From: Antedon mediterranea
Taxonomy: Eukaryota; Animalia; Echinodermata
Direction of reading: 5' to 3'
Length of the DNA stretch: 64,000 nt
Assembly: GCF_964355755.1 (NCBI RefSeq)
Contig: NC_092676.1
Location: 3,945,888 to 4,009,887 of the forward strand
Shown here: positions 1 through 22,800 of the stretch, in pieces
How the letters are laid out: each line of letters starts with the position of its first letter
Numbering within the stretch: position 1 is the stretch's first letter
Position numbers and translations under genes: made by a program
Notes under the pieces: generated by a model
The model's database searches: none
What the model saw: only the letters and a program-made list of their open reading frames with translations
Told to the model about the DNA's origin: nothing

Positions 1-133
1 AAAAACAATAAACAATATATTTTTGCTCCCTTGATTAAAAAATATATTATGTTTTTGTTTGCGTTGCGTCTACGTCCTTGCATTGGTTCCTAGTAGTGGG
101 AATCAAGCTTTACTGTGAAGGCAGTAGACCTAA

Positions 134-272
134 AGCTCTGTCCACACTATCAAACTAGAGTTTGACAAAAAAGTGTGATGTCCCCAAATATGGTAGTGAT
201 ATATCATCATGTCCATATATGGGCACATCACATTTTTTTTGTCACATAAAGTTTGATAGTGGAGACAGAGCT
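134..272. mobile_element. Harbinger/Tourist-like MITE family A; further copies near 5645-5808, 18830-19363 (interrupted), 19717-19852, 30434-30600, 31510-31648, 40157-40286, 45390-45569, 57748-57867, 59362-59509, 63178-63334
   Basis: TIR AGCTCTGTCTACACTATCAAAC, 3-bp TAA/TTA flanking duplication, conserved interior GATGTGCCCAAATATGGTAGTGATA. Confidence 0.85.
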
Positions 273-387
273 TAAAACAGTTTATGACGTTGAATCCCAC
301 AGCCCTTTTGACATAATAGTGACACTGTGGTATGGTAGTTTGCTTAATGGTTGAAAATCGGTTGTTTTTCTCGTTCTTTTTAACTAG

Positions 388-550
388 GTATATGTTTTTG
401 GGTGACTTTGTTGGTAATCCGTGTTTAGTGGTTCCCGTTGGATTCAGTCAGATGGGTTTGCCGATAAGTCTCCAGATCCATGGAAGATGGTGGGAAGAGG
501 ATATAGTACTACTCATCGGAAATGTGGCGGAGATGGCTTGTCCACCTTGA
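388..550 (+). CDS. Last coding exon of an upstream amidase (FAAH-like) paralog; gene begins before the window; premature TGA at 548-550, ancestral stop at 584-586
   Basis: Acceptor AG at 386-387; translation [38 protein letters not shown] is nearly identical to exon 6342-6537 of the downstream gene; CGA in the paralog is TGA here. Confidence 0.8.
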
Positions 551-1497
551 CCACAACAACCAGAGGTCTTTTACTCCTTGCTGTGAAAATAAATTTATTA
601 TAGTAAATTAATATGGAAACAGGCTGTGGAAAGGACTTATTTCATCCAGGGAAAAAATATATAGGCCTAAATCGTAAAACTAAATTTGTATTTTAGTACA
701 GTGCTAATTTTATATTTGTACTTTTATTTAGTCTAGTCTAGACTCTCTTAATGCTTGTAAAAGAAAATCATTGTGGCACTCATGGTGTGTCATAACTTCG
801 ACTGAAATAATCTAGTTTCAATTCAATTCACATTTTCAATTCATAGTAAATTTTAAATGTTACTCTTTATGACATCATTTAATTCACGGCTGTTGATTTG
901 ATGTAATTAGAACAAAATAAATACATTTTCTGAAGTTACCTTAAAAATGTTAATATAAATTATAGTAACATTTTTCTAATACTAAACAAACAGCTTATCA
1001 TTAAAATGTAAACATTTTATGTTGATATAAAGTTTGCGGTACACCAATATTTAAGTTCTGAACAGGAAGGACAATTAAATTGTAGGATATTTTAAATCTT
1101 TCTAAAGCTTTCGTTAGTGTCCAGGTAGAGGATCCATATTTTACTGTGTATTAATCCCTCGATCCACTGTAGCACAATAAAAAGATTGATAATTATTAGA
1201 ATGTATGATCAATAGACAATGTTGCCTATACCTAGCCTTTAAGATTAAGTGATTAATGCCCTCGGTTAGTGCTTTGCACACCAAACCTAACTCTTTTCAA
1301 AAATTTATATGTTGCTGGCGTGCCATATTTTTGTCAACAAAACTGCACGTGGACCTCCCATGGACTGTGCAGGTACGTATAGTGAATTCCAGGTAAGTAC
1401 GCCTTTTACCGGATGCGACATGCTTCGCTGCACGTAGCACATTGTGTTGTTTATCGAGAGTATAATCAGTAGTATTTGTAAGGAAAATTGACTCAAA

Positions 1498-4400
1498 ATG
1501 GACAACAACTATATTCATATTTCTACTGTTGTTGCCTCAACATGTATCCTTATGACAACCGTGTGGTTGTTCGCTATCCGGAGAAGTAGCAACACAAGAA
1601 GGCGCGTCGTAAAGAGACCCGTAGGTGAAGCTAGCTGCCGAAATTACAATATCGTGAAAGCGGTATGTATGGGCCTCTGGCCTGCGACCTACTGCTTGTC
1701 GGTCTTTCAATGTTTGGGCCTAGCCATATATATTGGTCTTACAACGTGCACTTCTTGATTAAAATTTTTGTTTTTACTTCTTTTAGACAGTACCAAGATT
1801 TTCCGGCTTGACACTAAAGTTTGCCACGACATTATCAAATTCTGTAAGTAGTTTTGAGTTTTATCATTCATAAGATTAAAAAGATTTGTTTATGCTTTTG
1901 ACTGCACAGATGGGTGCAGTTAGTTTAGTTGCAATCGGTTCTTTAGCCTTATGATAAAGAAAATTTGTGTTTGTTTTTTTTTTAGGTTCTTGGTGGTTTT
2001 ATTTCCTCGGTCACAGCAAGGTATCACATTATAATTTTTTATTATTTTTTTTTTTTACATTATTGAAAATGATTGATATAGAATATGTTTAAATGCAGAA
2101 ATAGAAATTGCACAAAAAGTCCTTGCAAAATAGTTTTAATTAGAAAATAAATTTGTGCAGGTAAAATATTTGTGCAGGTATATAATACTAATTCTTACTG
2201 CTTTTGATTATTTTTAAAACTATTTGATATCATTTTTTTTCCAGCGAAGCTAACCTATATTTGTTTCGAAATTTGCAATTGGATGATATTCCAACGTACC
2301 AACCACGATTCCCATTTAGCGGACCACAAGCCAAAGTGAACGAGAAATGTGCCACAGATAACTTGGTTTTTAAGAAACAGAAACGTTCGAGAAAGGAATT
2401 CAACTATCACAGTGTTTCTGAATTCCATCAAGCGTACCTGTAAATATAATTTTGTTGTGATTGTTTAAAACAACATTATTCTCATTACAGTAGAACCCAA
2501 GGTTCAGTAATCATAAAGTAAATTTTATTTTAGGTCTGGTGAAGTTACACCTTCTGAAGTAGCCGAGGATGCGATTGAAGCTATACAGATGTCAGAAGCA
2601 CGAGAACCAAAACTGCGAGCTTTTATTGAATACAATACCTTTGAAATCAGACGTGTAAGTGAAACTACCATAGTAAATGCTGTTAACTAAACTAGTATGT
2701 TAAACAAAGGAAAATATATGTTTGGACCTTCCTATTAATGAGACATTTGTTGAGTTCCATCGATTTCCTCTTCAATAGTGTTTCTTCTTTAATAGAAAAA
2801 AATTAGGAGCCTTTATATTTGGTTGTTTATTATTTTTTGTTTTATTATTATTTATTTTTATTGTTTATAGATGGCTAAGGAGTCTACTGATAGATACAGC
2901 AAAGGAACTTGGTTGTCTGTGTTTGATGGAGTTCCCGTAGCTTTTAAAAATGAGCTTCATTGTGTATGTATACATTGTTTTTTTTTATACATTCATAAAA
3001 ACCTAATGCCGTTGAAATTCTGTATGCCTTACCAGAATATGTAAGGATAACTATTTGTGTTTGATTTTGTAGGTACCATACCACAGACGGGCTGGAAGTG
3101 AATGCTTTGGCAGTGAGCAGAGCGTGGAAGACGCCGCTGTTGTAGCCAAGATGAGAGCAGCTGGAGCTATGATACTAGGGGTTACAAATATGCACGAGTT
3201 TGGCCTAGGTACCACTGGCTGTAACCCAGGCAAGTAAGTAACTTCAATTTATTTCTTGTCCAGACTGCAAAGTATCGTTGGAAATTATACAATTTCCAGA
3301 GATCATTCTCTATTAGGGCAGAGAGAATAATTCTGAGCAACTGATTTTTAAAAATTACTTTTTTGAAAACAAACATACTAAAACATTTTCTTTTAATTTT
3401 TAATTTGTTTTTTAATAATTATGCCCCTGTTACAAAGAGAAAAAATAAAGTGTGTAAAATAACCATTTTGTAAATTATTATTACAAAATTTTTATCCCCA
3501 ACAAAATTGGTTGTAAACCAAAAAAAGGGTTTTTACACTCCAGCATTACAATTTTTGTATGATTGATTGTTTTGTAAGTTAACTATGTTACCTTTTTATT
3601 TAGATTACATGGAACGGCAAGAAATCCTTACAACACTAATCATTACACTGGCGGAAGCTCAAGTGGTTCATCCGCAGCGGTATCTTCTGGTACATTCAAA
3701 ACTTTATAGAGTTTGTATGCATATTTTTATTCTTCAATAAAATGTTTCACAACCTCTGTCTTTGTTTTTCTAGGTTTATGTCCAGTAGCGTTTGGTACTG
3801 ACGCAGGAGGATCGATCCGTATTCCTTCCTCATTCTGTGGTATAGTTGGGCTTAAAGCAACGCTAGGCCGCATTAGTTATTATGGTGGAGCAGGGCAATG
3901 TTACTCTTGCTTGCATTGTGGGCCAATTTGCTCGTCTGTACGAGATGTAGCCCTGGCCTATGGTATGTTATCTTGTAATGTTTCTAGTCGAACGTTTTTC
4001 CATATAAATTGTTGAATAAAAGGCTTGTGGAGTTGTAGCTAAGATACTCTGAGAGTCCTGGGGGTCATGTAATGATTGCTCTTTCTCCAACAACAAACAA
4101 ACATTGTGGTTGAACTATGCCATCCACTGCAAAACAAATTGTTTTATATCGCCGCATTTTACCTTTTTTTAGCTATGGTTGCCGGTCCAGATCCTCGAGA
4201 TCCTTTCACCGTCGACCAACCAGAAGTCACGCTTCAAAACTTTGATAATATTGATCTCTACAACATTAAGATTGGAATTGATTGGCATTTCTTTAGAGTA
4301 AGAAATTAAGATAAGATATCGACAGTTGGCAAAACACATTTTTACGAGTCTGAATCTATTTTAACTTAACTTTTTCTTACACGTCAAAGGCCTATCAATT

Positions 4401-6537
4401 AAGCACATGACTCGCCAATGGCATGTTGGGAAATAAAACCCATGTTTGTAACCCAAGTCTCTTATGTGTCTGAGGTAGTAACATAAGAATAACTCTGGTT
4501 TGAACCTAGCATTCTGAGATCGGTAGCAAGCATGTTAACAACCAGTAATTCCACTATGATCATACTTTTGTTATACTGTGTTTTTTACATATTTCCTTAA
4601 TTTATAACTTTTTTTCAGGACTGTGATAAAGAAATCCTTAGCGCATGTGAAAAAGGTAATTATTTAATTTTTGCCCTGAGTTATTCACCATTGCATTTGC
4701 CAAGACAAAAGAGGGTTCCATGGCAAAAATAAAGTACTACACCAAACAAAATGGCCTAAAACATTTTTGGAGTTCTCAGTTCAACAATGGTCTAGCAGAT
4801 ATGAGAAAAAGCATGCCATTTATATTGACTGTTAGGGAGTATACTGGTGTTATGTCTGTTGTTAAATGTGTGTGCCTGGCAACATGTTGAAAAGGCATAA
4901 ATGCGAAGCAAGCCAACAAATGTCATTAAAACCTCACTCACTACTTCAAAAACGCTTTACAAGATTTGTTTCTTTGTATCTTTCGAAGCTGTCAAGCATC
5001 TAGAGATGAACGGAGCTAAGGTTATTGACATTGAGATTCCAGAGTTGGAAGAAGCTAGAATTGGCCATATCATTACATGCTTAGCAGAGATGAGGCCTAC
5101 AATTACAAATGTTCTATGTGACCACTACAATAAAATAGTAAGTAAATAACAAGTCATGATTTGAATAAGGGCCTGTTCAGACCTACAAAATTATGGTTTT
5201 GTATAGTACTCCGCACTGTGAAGAATTGGGAAAAAGTTATTGGTAGCATCTAGTTATATCGCTGACCTTTACTATGAAAGGTTATTAAAACAAGGTTAGT
5301 ATATGATATATTTACGACACAAAAGTACAAATTTTAAAATTTGGTGCTCATTATTTATTTTTTTTCCCGATGCAGTCATGCGAATCCAGGTTGAACATGT
5401 CAGCAGCCAACAACATATCAGCCACAGACTTTGTACTAGCGAATAAACAACGAACAAGAACTATCAACTTTCTGAAAGATATTTATCAACAAGTAGATGT
5501 TATAATAACACCAGGTAATACTCGATGGTTCCTTTACAAGGACCAGCCTTAGGGACCACCAATCACTTTCCTGGCAGATATAAATTAACAGTACTGTATC
5601 AGACAGTATAGTGTACAAATGTAAAAGAGAGAAAGTAGAGTTAAAGCTAGCTCTGTCTACACTATCAAACTAGTTTGACAAAAAAAGTGCGATGTGCCAA
5701 AATATGGTAGTGATATGCATAAATACGGTAGTGATATCACATATCATCATGTCCATATATGGGCTCTTCACATTTGTTGTCACATAATGTTTGATAGTGT
5801 AGACAGCTTTAGACTTAATGACTAGTCATTCAGCTGTTTTATCGATATTGGAAATGGGAATCAAACTTATCTCAAATGGTTACATAGGATAGTTAAGAGG
5901 GAATTCATATCCCTCTCATTATTTGAAGTTAGTTATTAAAAGATAGTACACCTCCCACCTTTTCATACTACACCTATTACAACTGTTTGCTGACAAAGGC
6001 ATTAAATATTTTTGTGTTCTTAGGAACACCTATTACAGCTCCTGAGATCCAGCCTGGCGATCTCAACTATGGAACGTTTGATTCGGACACTATAGTTGAT
6101 TCAATGAGGTAAGTTATTGGGCTATAACCTTATACTTTTAAAATAATTTAACCCATTAAATATACTGTGTAAAAATAAATATATTTTTTGAAAAAACACT
6201 AAACAATACGTTTACTACTGTTCTTGTTCCCTTGAGGCAAAAAAAAAACCATTTTAAGTGTTGGTATCATTTGAGCAATGTGGGTGGAAAACATCCTAAG
6301 TTACTGTTAATAACTTATCATTTTCTCGTTCTTTTAACTAGGTATATGTTTTTGGGTGATTTTGTTGGTAATCCGTGTTTAGTTGTTCCCGTTGGATTCA
6401 GTCAGAAGGGTTTGCCGATAAGTCTCCAGATCCACGGAAGATGGTGGGAAGAGGATATAGTACTACGGATCGGGAATGTGGCGGAGATGGCTTGTCCGCC
6501 TCGACCTCAACCAGAGGTCTTTTACTCCTTACTGTGA
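1498..6537 (+). CDS. Amidase-signature fatty acid amide hydrolase-like protein (plant FAAH-type), 15 exons, 610 aa
   Basis: Exons 1498-1662, 1787-1843, 1986-2020, 2245-2439, 2534-2654, 2871-2963, 3073-3233, 3604-3689, 3774-3962, 4173-4297, 4619-4655, 4989-5137, 5376-5514, 6024-6108, 6342-6537 (1833 nt, phases consistent, all GT-AG). Motifs: DGVPVAFK (catalytic Lys), [17 protein letters not shown]...[29 protein letters not shown] (Ser nucleophile), [15 protein letters not shown]. Hydrophobic N-terminal segment. Confidence 0.92.
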
Positions 6538-7000
6538 AAATCAATCTAATCAAAGATACAGATTTATTATAATAATTTAATAAATGGAACAAAATAATTT
6601 ATTGGAAAGGATCTTTCTTGGGGATAAAATTATATATGATTAGTAAATATAGTATAAATTTGCATTTTAGTACAATGCTAATTTTTATTGCACATTTTGT
6701 ATTTGTATGCTTTGGTCTAGTCTAAGCCGTCGTAAAAAGAACAATATTTTGAAATCTAGCACTGACTGGTATGATTGAGCAACAAAGAAGTATCTTTTTT
6801 TTTACACTTTTAAAGACAGAAAAAACAGACTCTAGTCAATTTTCTCACAGAGAATTATTAAAATAATAAATGAAAGCATTTGTGCGCTTGTATGATATAA
6901 AAGACAATTGATTAATATTGACCCAAAATCGATATCTGTTTAACAATTGAAATGTCGCCCTCTATAATCAAGAAGGCCCATCAAAGAAAATCAAGACATC

Positions 7001-16254
<9,254 letters not shown>

Positions 16255-16478
16255 AAGAGGAGAATAACCTTGCTATATCCTTTCAAATGATGTTTTTGGT
16301 GTTAAACTACAGTAGTACAATATCAGCTAATAAAGGCCACAACAGCCTTTCTCAGTGCCTAGTGAGCTGATAATCAGCATATCATTCTATAGTAACTTTT
16401 GTGCTAAACAGAAAATGTGTACTTCTTCTATTTGATTGGTAAATGTTACACAGTCTTATTCGTTTAGTATGCATTTAA

Positions 16479-16824
16479 AGATGTATTGTCCCCCTGAAAA
16501 AATAATTCCTACAAATTTTTTTTTTTAATATGCCATTTTAATGTCAACTAATAGTTATCCACTTTACACAAAAATTGAATTGAAAAAAAAAATGTATTTA
16601 CATAAAAACTTTAATCAAAAGCAAAAATAGTCAAATTTGCCAGCCAATGGAATTTTGGTTGAATTTTGTTTTTGGTTTATTTTGTCATTTTATAAGTGAA
16701 AACATAATTTTTTTCAGTTTTTTTTTTATTCGGAAGTGATTAGCTTTATTATAAACTACAAAATAATATATTCAAAATCTGATTTAAATATTTATTTTTC
16801 ATGTTTCTGGGGGACAATATATCT
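16479..16824. mobile_element. Kolobok-like MITE family B; other copies 21980-22298, 43754-44064, 48515-48940, 51456-51780, 52437-52764, partial near 20200-20346, 25490-25610, 63600-63635
   Basis: TTAA flanks and TIR AGATGTATTGTCCCC...GGGGACAATACATCT (purine-purine start). Confidence 0.8.
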
Positions 16825-17049
16825 TTAAACCTGAGTGTCCACTATTAAATTTTATATATGATAATATAAAACAAACTCCCGAGTTTGTTTTTCATTATAG
16901 TATGTACTTGTACGTTTGAAATACTCTTGCGAAATAAGAACTCAACGTAAAAACTGAGAATACACCAATTGATGTAGAGTTTAAATAATATTTTAAAAGT
17001 ACAGACTGCAACTTGCAATGTAATTACAATTTTCAGCTAACTAGCCTAA

Positions 17050-17509
17050 AGGCCCATTCACACTAGGGCGATAACGATCAAAGATAAATATGCAATTTTC
17101 ATACCAACAACAAAAGAAATTTAAAAAGTTTTTATCCTAGAACTATAGGATTATCATCTATGCTGTCTTTGATAAAAATAATATTTACTGTTTGATGTGG
17201 GGTTTAAATAATATTTTAAAAGTACAGACTTTTTCTCTCAACAACAGTACATTTAGCTAATATTGTCAATTTCCACACGTCTAATCAAATGACGTCATGA
17301 TTAGTAATGAGAAAAAATATTTTATTGTTTTTATTGATCATGAAGTCATTTGATTAGATTTTTACAAATATTTGTTTATAAAAAACAGCATAAATGATTA
17401 ACCTATAGTTCTAGAACGAAAACTGTTCTAATTTATTTCGTTTTATGAAAGAAAAATGTATGTTTATATATTTATCGTCGATTGTTATCGCCCTAGTGTA
17501 AATGGGCCT
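17050..17509. mobile_element. Harbinger-like MITE
   Basis: TIR AGGCCCATTCACACTAGGGCGATAAC / GTTATCGCCCTAGTGTAAATGGGCCT, TAA on both flanks. Confidence 0.8.
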
Positions 17510-17604
17510 TAAGCTTAGTCGTAAGAACAACAAAACAGTTTATTCAATCATGCCATGTCATCTGATTTACGAATGCTTATCTATTTATATATTTGGTTTG
17601 TTAA

Positions 17605-18145
17605 AGATGTATTGTCCCTTGAAACACAAAAAAATTAAGGTCAAAATATACTAAATTTTAATTGGCCATATCAAAGTAATATTAAAGTTATTCACTTTAA
17701 GTCGAAAATTCGAGCCAAAAACAACAATTTTACGTAATTAATAGCTAAACTAATTTGATTACATTTTGTCTGGAAAATAGCGAGCAAAAGTAAACAAAGA
17801 TTTCAAACCATGAGTATACATTATGCATGATGCTAATTAATTGTTTACAACTCGTCACGGTTGAAAGTTGTTTTCACACAGATCGCGAGGAAGTTTTATG
17901 ATTATGCATACAGAGTAGCCAAATAAGCGCATTGCATATGGGATATGTTTTGATCGAAAACTTTGACTGGAAGTCAAAGTTATTTTTTAAACCAAAAAAC
18001 GTCTGTATTTCAGTTAAATGATTTTTTTTTTTGACAAATTTTTGGTGGAAGTTAATAACTATTATGATACTTCAAAATGACCCACTTTTTTTCGAAATCT
18101 TTTTATTTTAATTTTTTTGGAATTTGACAAAGGGACAATACATCT
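17605..18145. mobile_element. Kolobok-like MITE with family B termini but a different interior
   Basis: TTAA|AGATGTATTGTCCCTT...AAGGGACAATACATCT|TTAA. Confidence 0.8.
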
Positions 18146-18404
18146 TTAAAGAATCATTTATAATGTTAAATTTGATCTTACGTATGTTTTGCAAGTGGAC
18201 GTCAAATATGCGGCAAAAATAATAATATTAGATTAAAATCAACTTAATGACCTGCTTCATGATCGAGTCAAAATTTAATTGTTTGAGCCTGATCCAATTT
18301 ATGGCAGGCCTACATTGTAAGTGTAAATGAGGTCAAAGTTTATGGTAACAGTTTCAACAAGATTATTATAGCTTATCTTTTAGTAGTACTGTATTATATT
18401 ATCC

Positions 18405-18813
18405 CAAAGAACTTATAACACAAGAATCTCCTGTTCGTCCGAAGCGCACAACAATTTCGAAAGGCATTGTGGGATAGAATAGAGCTATGGGTGGCGCCAT
18501 TGTGAGCCATGGAGTAGGGCGCCCGCATCAAATTAGAAAGTCAAAATCATAGAGGGGATCTGCTAATGCTCCAGGGGGGATAGAGTAATTGACTGAGGAG
18601 TAGGGCGCCCGCATCAAATTAGAAAGTCAAAATCATAGAGGGGATCTGCTAATACTCTAGGGGGGTAGAGTAATTGACTTCCTAGTTTGGAGGGGGCGCT
18701 GCTCCATGCTGTGAAATGGCGTCGCCCAGTTTGACCTTTTAACCCTGTACTTCCGATACTGTGTTTTGAATGCAAATTGAAGAACAGGAGATTCTTGTGT
18801 TATAAGTTCTTTG
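18405..18813. mobile_element. P/Galileo-like MITE with 7-bp TSD
   Basis: 32-bp perfect TIR CAAAGAACTTATAACACAAGAATCTCCTGTTC; ATTATCC at 18398-18404 and 18814-18820; internal ~85-bp tandem duplication. Confidence 0.85.
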
Positions 18814-19039
18814 ATTATCCTTATCATAAAGCTCTATCTACACCAGGGAAGAGTTAAATTTAATTTAATTTTTCCCTGATCTACACTATCAAACTTTATG
18901 TGACAAAAAAATGTGATGTGCCCATATATGGAAATGATGCTGTCATATCACTACCATATTTAAGCAAATCACTACCATATTTGGCCACATCACAGCTACC
19001 ACACTGTATGTCAAAAGGGCTGTGGGATTCAACATTATT

Positions 19040-19278
19040 TTTTTTTTTTTAACCATATTTAATGAGGGTGATCCATCCAGCTATTGCTGATCATCAGGGA
19101 CCCTCAGAGGTTCACAAGACAAACATATACACAAGATGCTCTACATAAAGTCGTATTACAAGTCTTTGGGAGTGAAGTAATTTGGTCCTTAGAAAAAATC
19201 CTGACATGTGACGGGACTTGAACCCAGGACCCTTGGACTGGTAGACAAGCATCATAACCACCAAGCCACAACTCCACT
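19040..19278 (-). mobile_element. tRNA-derived SINE family 1
   Basis: Minus strand A-box TGGCTTGGTGG, B-box GGTTCAAGTCC, A-rich tail; second copy at 53455-53688. Confidence 0.8.
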
Positions 19279-19716
19279 CAATGGACATGATGATGTCATT
19301 TCACAACCATATTTGGGCACATCACTTTTTTTTTCAAACTATTTTGATAGTTTAGACAGAGCTTTAGAGTAAACAGAAACCATTTATAATTTGATTGAAG
19401 TATTAGATGAGAATAAATATTGCTTTCTCACTTCCTCAAATGTCCTACGAATTTTGATAAGTTTTGATTACATAATTCCTAGTTGGCCGACGATAAGCAC
19501 TTAAAACTAAATTGTTTATACAAATCATAATTGACAATATTAGCTAAATGTACTGTAAACAAACAATTTATATTCAGTTCTTTGTTGAGAGAAAGTCAAG
19601 TAGTACTGGATAACAATCAAAACAAAAACACTCAGAAACTGAGTGAAGTACTTTAATTTTAATTTACTTTAATTTATGCAGAAACAATAACAATCCCGAG
19701 CAAGGAGAGGCTTTTA

Positions 19717-19852
19717 AGCTCTGTCTACACTATCAAACTATTTTGACAACAAAAAAGTGTGATGTGCCCAAATATGATGTAGTTATCATGTCCATATATG
19801 GGCACATCACATATTTTTTTGTCACATAAAGTTTGATAGTGTAGACAGAGCT
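19717..19852. mobile_element. MITE family A copy
   Basis: Both TIRs present (AGCTCTGTCTACAC...GTGTAGACAGAGCT). Confidence 0.85.
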
Positions 19853-22800
19853 TTCGAAAAATCTTTAACAATATAGTCAACTCTCTCAATGCTGGGCACC
19901 TTGGGCCGGCCTATATGTCTGGTTACCATAAAATTGTGGACCTTAAGAGAAGTCAAGTTCAACTTTTTTTTATCCGTGGAGGCCCAGATCAAATCAAGAT
20001 GGGGTTGTTGTTCCCTTGAGTAGTGTGAGAGTTTTGGGTTTTCAAAGTTTTTTCTAATCGTTTTGAATTGTAATTGAGGGTGTATTATGTACAGGTAGTT
20101 GAGTGCAAACTGATCTTTGATGTGATTGGACATCAACAATCACATGATAATGTAGACAGGATTCAAGTATAATGATTAAGTTGGAATGAGAAACATGTTT
20201 CTTTTGTCTTTTTATAAGTGAAATAATTATTTTTTGGGTTTTTTTTTTGACAGAAGTGAATAACTTTATTGAAACTGCAAAGTGGTCTATTTAAAGTCTG
20301 ATTTTATTAATCATAATTTTTCATATTTTTTGGGGACAATACATCTTTAAGAAATTTTTTCTTTTTTCATGTATTAGGGATGTAGTTCATTTTTTATTCA
20401 TTTATGGTGACAAAAAAATACAAGTATTCCATTTTTTAAGGTGCAATATATTTATAATAAAGTGTATTTACATTTAATAGAACAATTGCTTCCAATATTA
20501 GAATCAAAGTTTGCCATACTGAATTGTATCTTATCCCTGCCATATTTGCATAACTGTCTTTGTGTGCTCAATATTCCAATTTGTATTATCGCAGCTGTTT
20601 TTATGCTAAATAAAAAATGTACCAACGTTGTAGAAATATGTTAATACTGGTTTTTTTTTCACACTTTAACAAAACATTTAGCTGTGAGAGACTTGCTTGT
20701 GTAGTTTTTTTTAATTCATTTTTAAATCTTTTTAAAGAGTTTAGAATTTAAACATTCGAAATTCTCCCCTGTTTTACCATAATATACTAAATTCTCGGTG
20801 CTGTATCCCCGCAAGAGACTAATCATGCCCAATATCAAAGGAACATTATGTAATACAGCATCCCGTGTGTATCACATGTATTGCCTGTATCATGAAGGGT
20901 TAGATTTTGATTTATGATACTAGGCGATACATGTGAAACTCATGTGATGCTGTATCATGGAATTTCCTATGATACTGTAAAAAGACTGTAAAAGGAAAGT
21001 AGATACACTGCCAAGATAAGCATTGCTTTGCTTCCTGAAGCCAATTAAAACAGAAAAGAAAAGAAAGAAAGAAAATTTTACTAATTCCTGAATTGATAGC
21101 CTCAACTATCATAACTTTTTTTTTTAAATATTGTATTTATAATAACTGTAGAGTTGAGGTCACGATATTTAGAGGTAAGAGGGACCTGGAGGAATGTATG
21201 GAGTTGACATAGCTTATGTTTGTTTATGTTTTATAATATTACAGATGACAGGGACTTGGCATGTATGTATAGAGTTAAAATCACCTATTAATTTATTTAT
21301 CTTTTCCTGAAAATTGTACAAATACTTTGTCTCAAGTGATTTCATGTTCATATACTTCCTTGTTTTGTAGCTATAACAGGTTGTGAAACTTTTGTGTATC
21401 TTGTCAGTCATGCTTGATCGCCCGGCTTCACTCTCTCATGCTTTGTGAATTCTTTGAAAGTGGATCATTTATTATTTCCTGCAAGTGTGTTTTGAAATAT
21501 ACTTTAATTTAAGGTAAGTTTCTTGTATTATAAGCCGGGATTATAAGTGTCTATTCTAAGCCTATATATTATTAAAAACTGAGTTTTATTTTTAAGGAAA
21601 CAAAAAACGGAAATTCTATATGTTTAATATAGAAATGTGTTTATGAAAGGGCTTGTTTACAGCAGTTTAATTTGTAAGTTCAAATAGGACTTAACTGTAT
21701 AAAAAAGGACAATGAAATTGTGAGTCAACCACTGTATGAAAGGGCCTTAAATAGGACTTGAAGGTATTATATAAAGAATGGAACAATGGGGAAACTAAGT
21801 CGACAGAAATGCTAAATACTATTTGGTTTACCATTGCCCAACCTGTTGCAAAGTGTTAAATTATCCTTAGTTGACTCAGTACACCCTAAAAATGTGTTAT
21901 AATTATATAGAATTCACAAACTGTATACATATTTAATATTACATTTTTGGAACTCAAAATTGTATTTCTGAATTTTTAAAGATGTACTGTATTGTCCCTT
22001 AGAAAAAATAATTTTTAATTTTTTTTTTGTTGAATATGCCATTTTAATGTTGCATATATTTATCGACTTTGGATAAAATATTTATTTACCAAAAATAGTC
22101 CAAATGGCTGCTAGCCAATAAGTTTTTGGCTGAATTTGAACATTTATTTTGTTATTTTATATGAGAAAACAATATTTTTTCCTGCTTTTTTTTTTCAACA
22201 GAAGTGATTAACTTTAGTAACACTACACAATAACCCTATTCAAAGTCTTATTTAATTAATCTTCATTTTTGGGTGGGGGGTGGGGGGACAATACATCTTT
22301 AATTTTTTACTTTAATTATACTATAGAAATATAATCGAATCAAAACCACAACATTATAATTTTGATAATATTTTATATTGAATTGGAGTAAAATTTGTTT
22401 GTAGTTGGTTTAACACAAAGAGTATATTGTTATCATTCGTAGACAAAGAACAGCAAAACAGCTTTCTAATCCTCTTTGTCATAAAATTATTTGTTCTTTG
22501 AATACGACTGTTAAAAAGTAAAAAACCTGACCCATGGCAATTCATTTCCTCCTCTTATAAGTTAATAACAAAATAAACATAATTTTAAAAATTGATACAG
22601 ATTATGTTACAGAAGCTGTGGATTAATTTTAGGATAAATCTAAGGAAAAGAAAAATAATTTTATGGGATTGTTTCTTCTGCTATGAATAACTAATATATA
22701 TGTATATATAGTTTTTATTGCCTGCTTGCTCAGTCATGCATAAACATAGCTCATAAAGAATCTCCTTTGTGGCCTTGTCAGCTATTAAATACATACAGTT

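Noticed and set aside
548-550. Selenocysteine codon
   Set aside because: Aligned paralog residue is Arg (CGA), not Cys; no SECIS recognised.
19200-19278. Functional tRNA-Gly gene (also other tRNA-like heads at 34690, 53610, 54045)
   Set aside because: Continue into shared SINE bodies and tails; acceptor stems poor.
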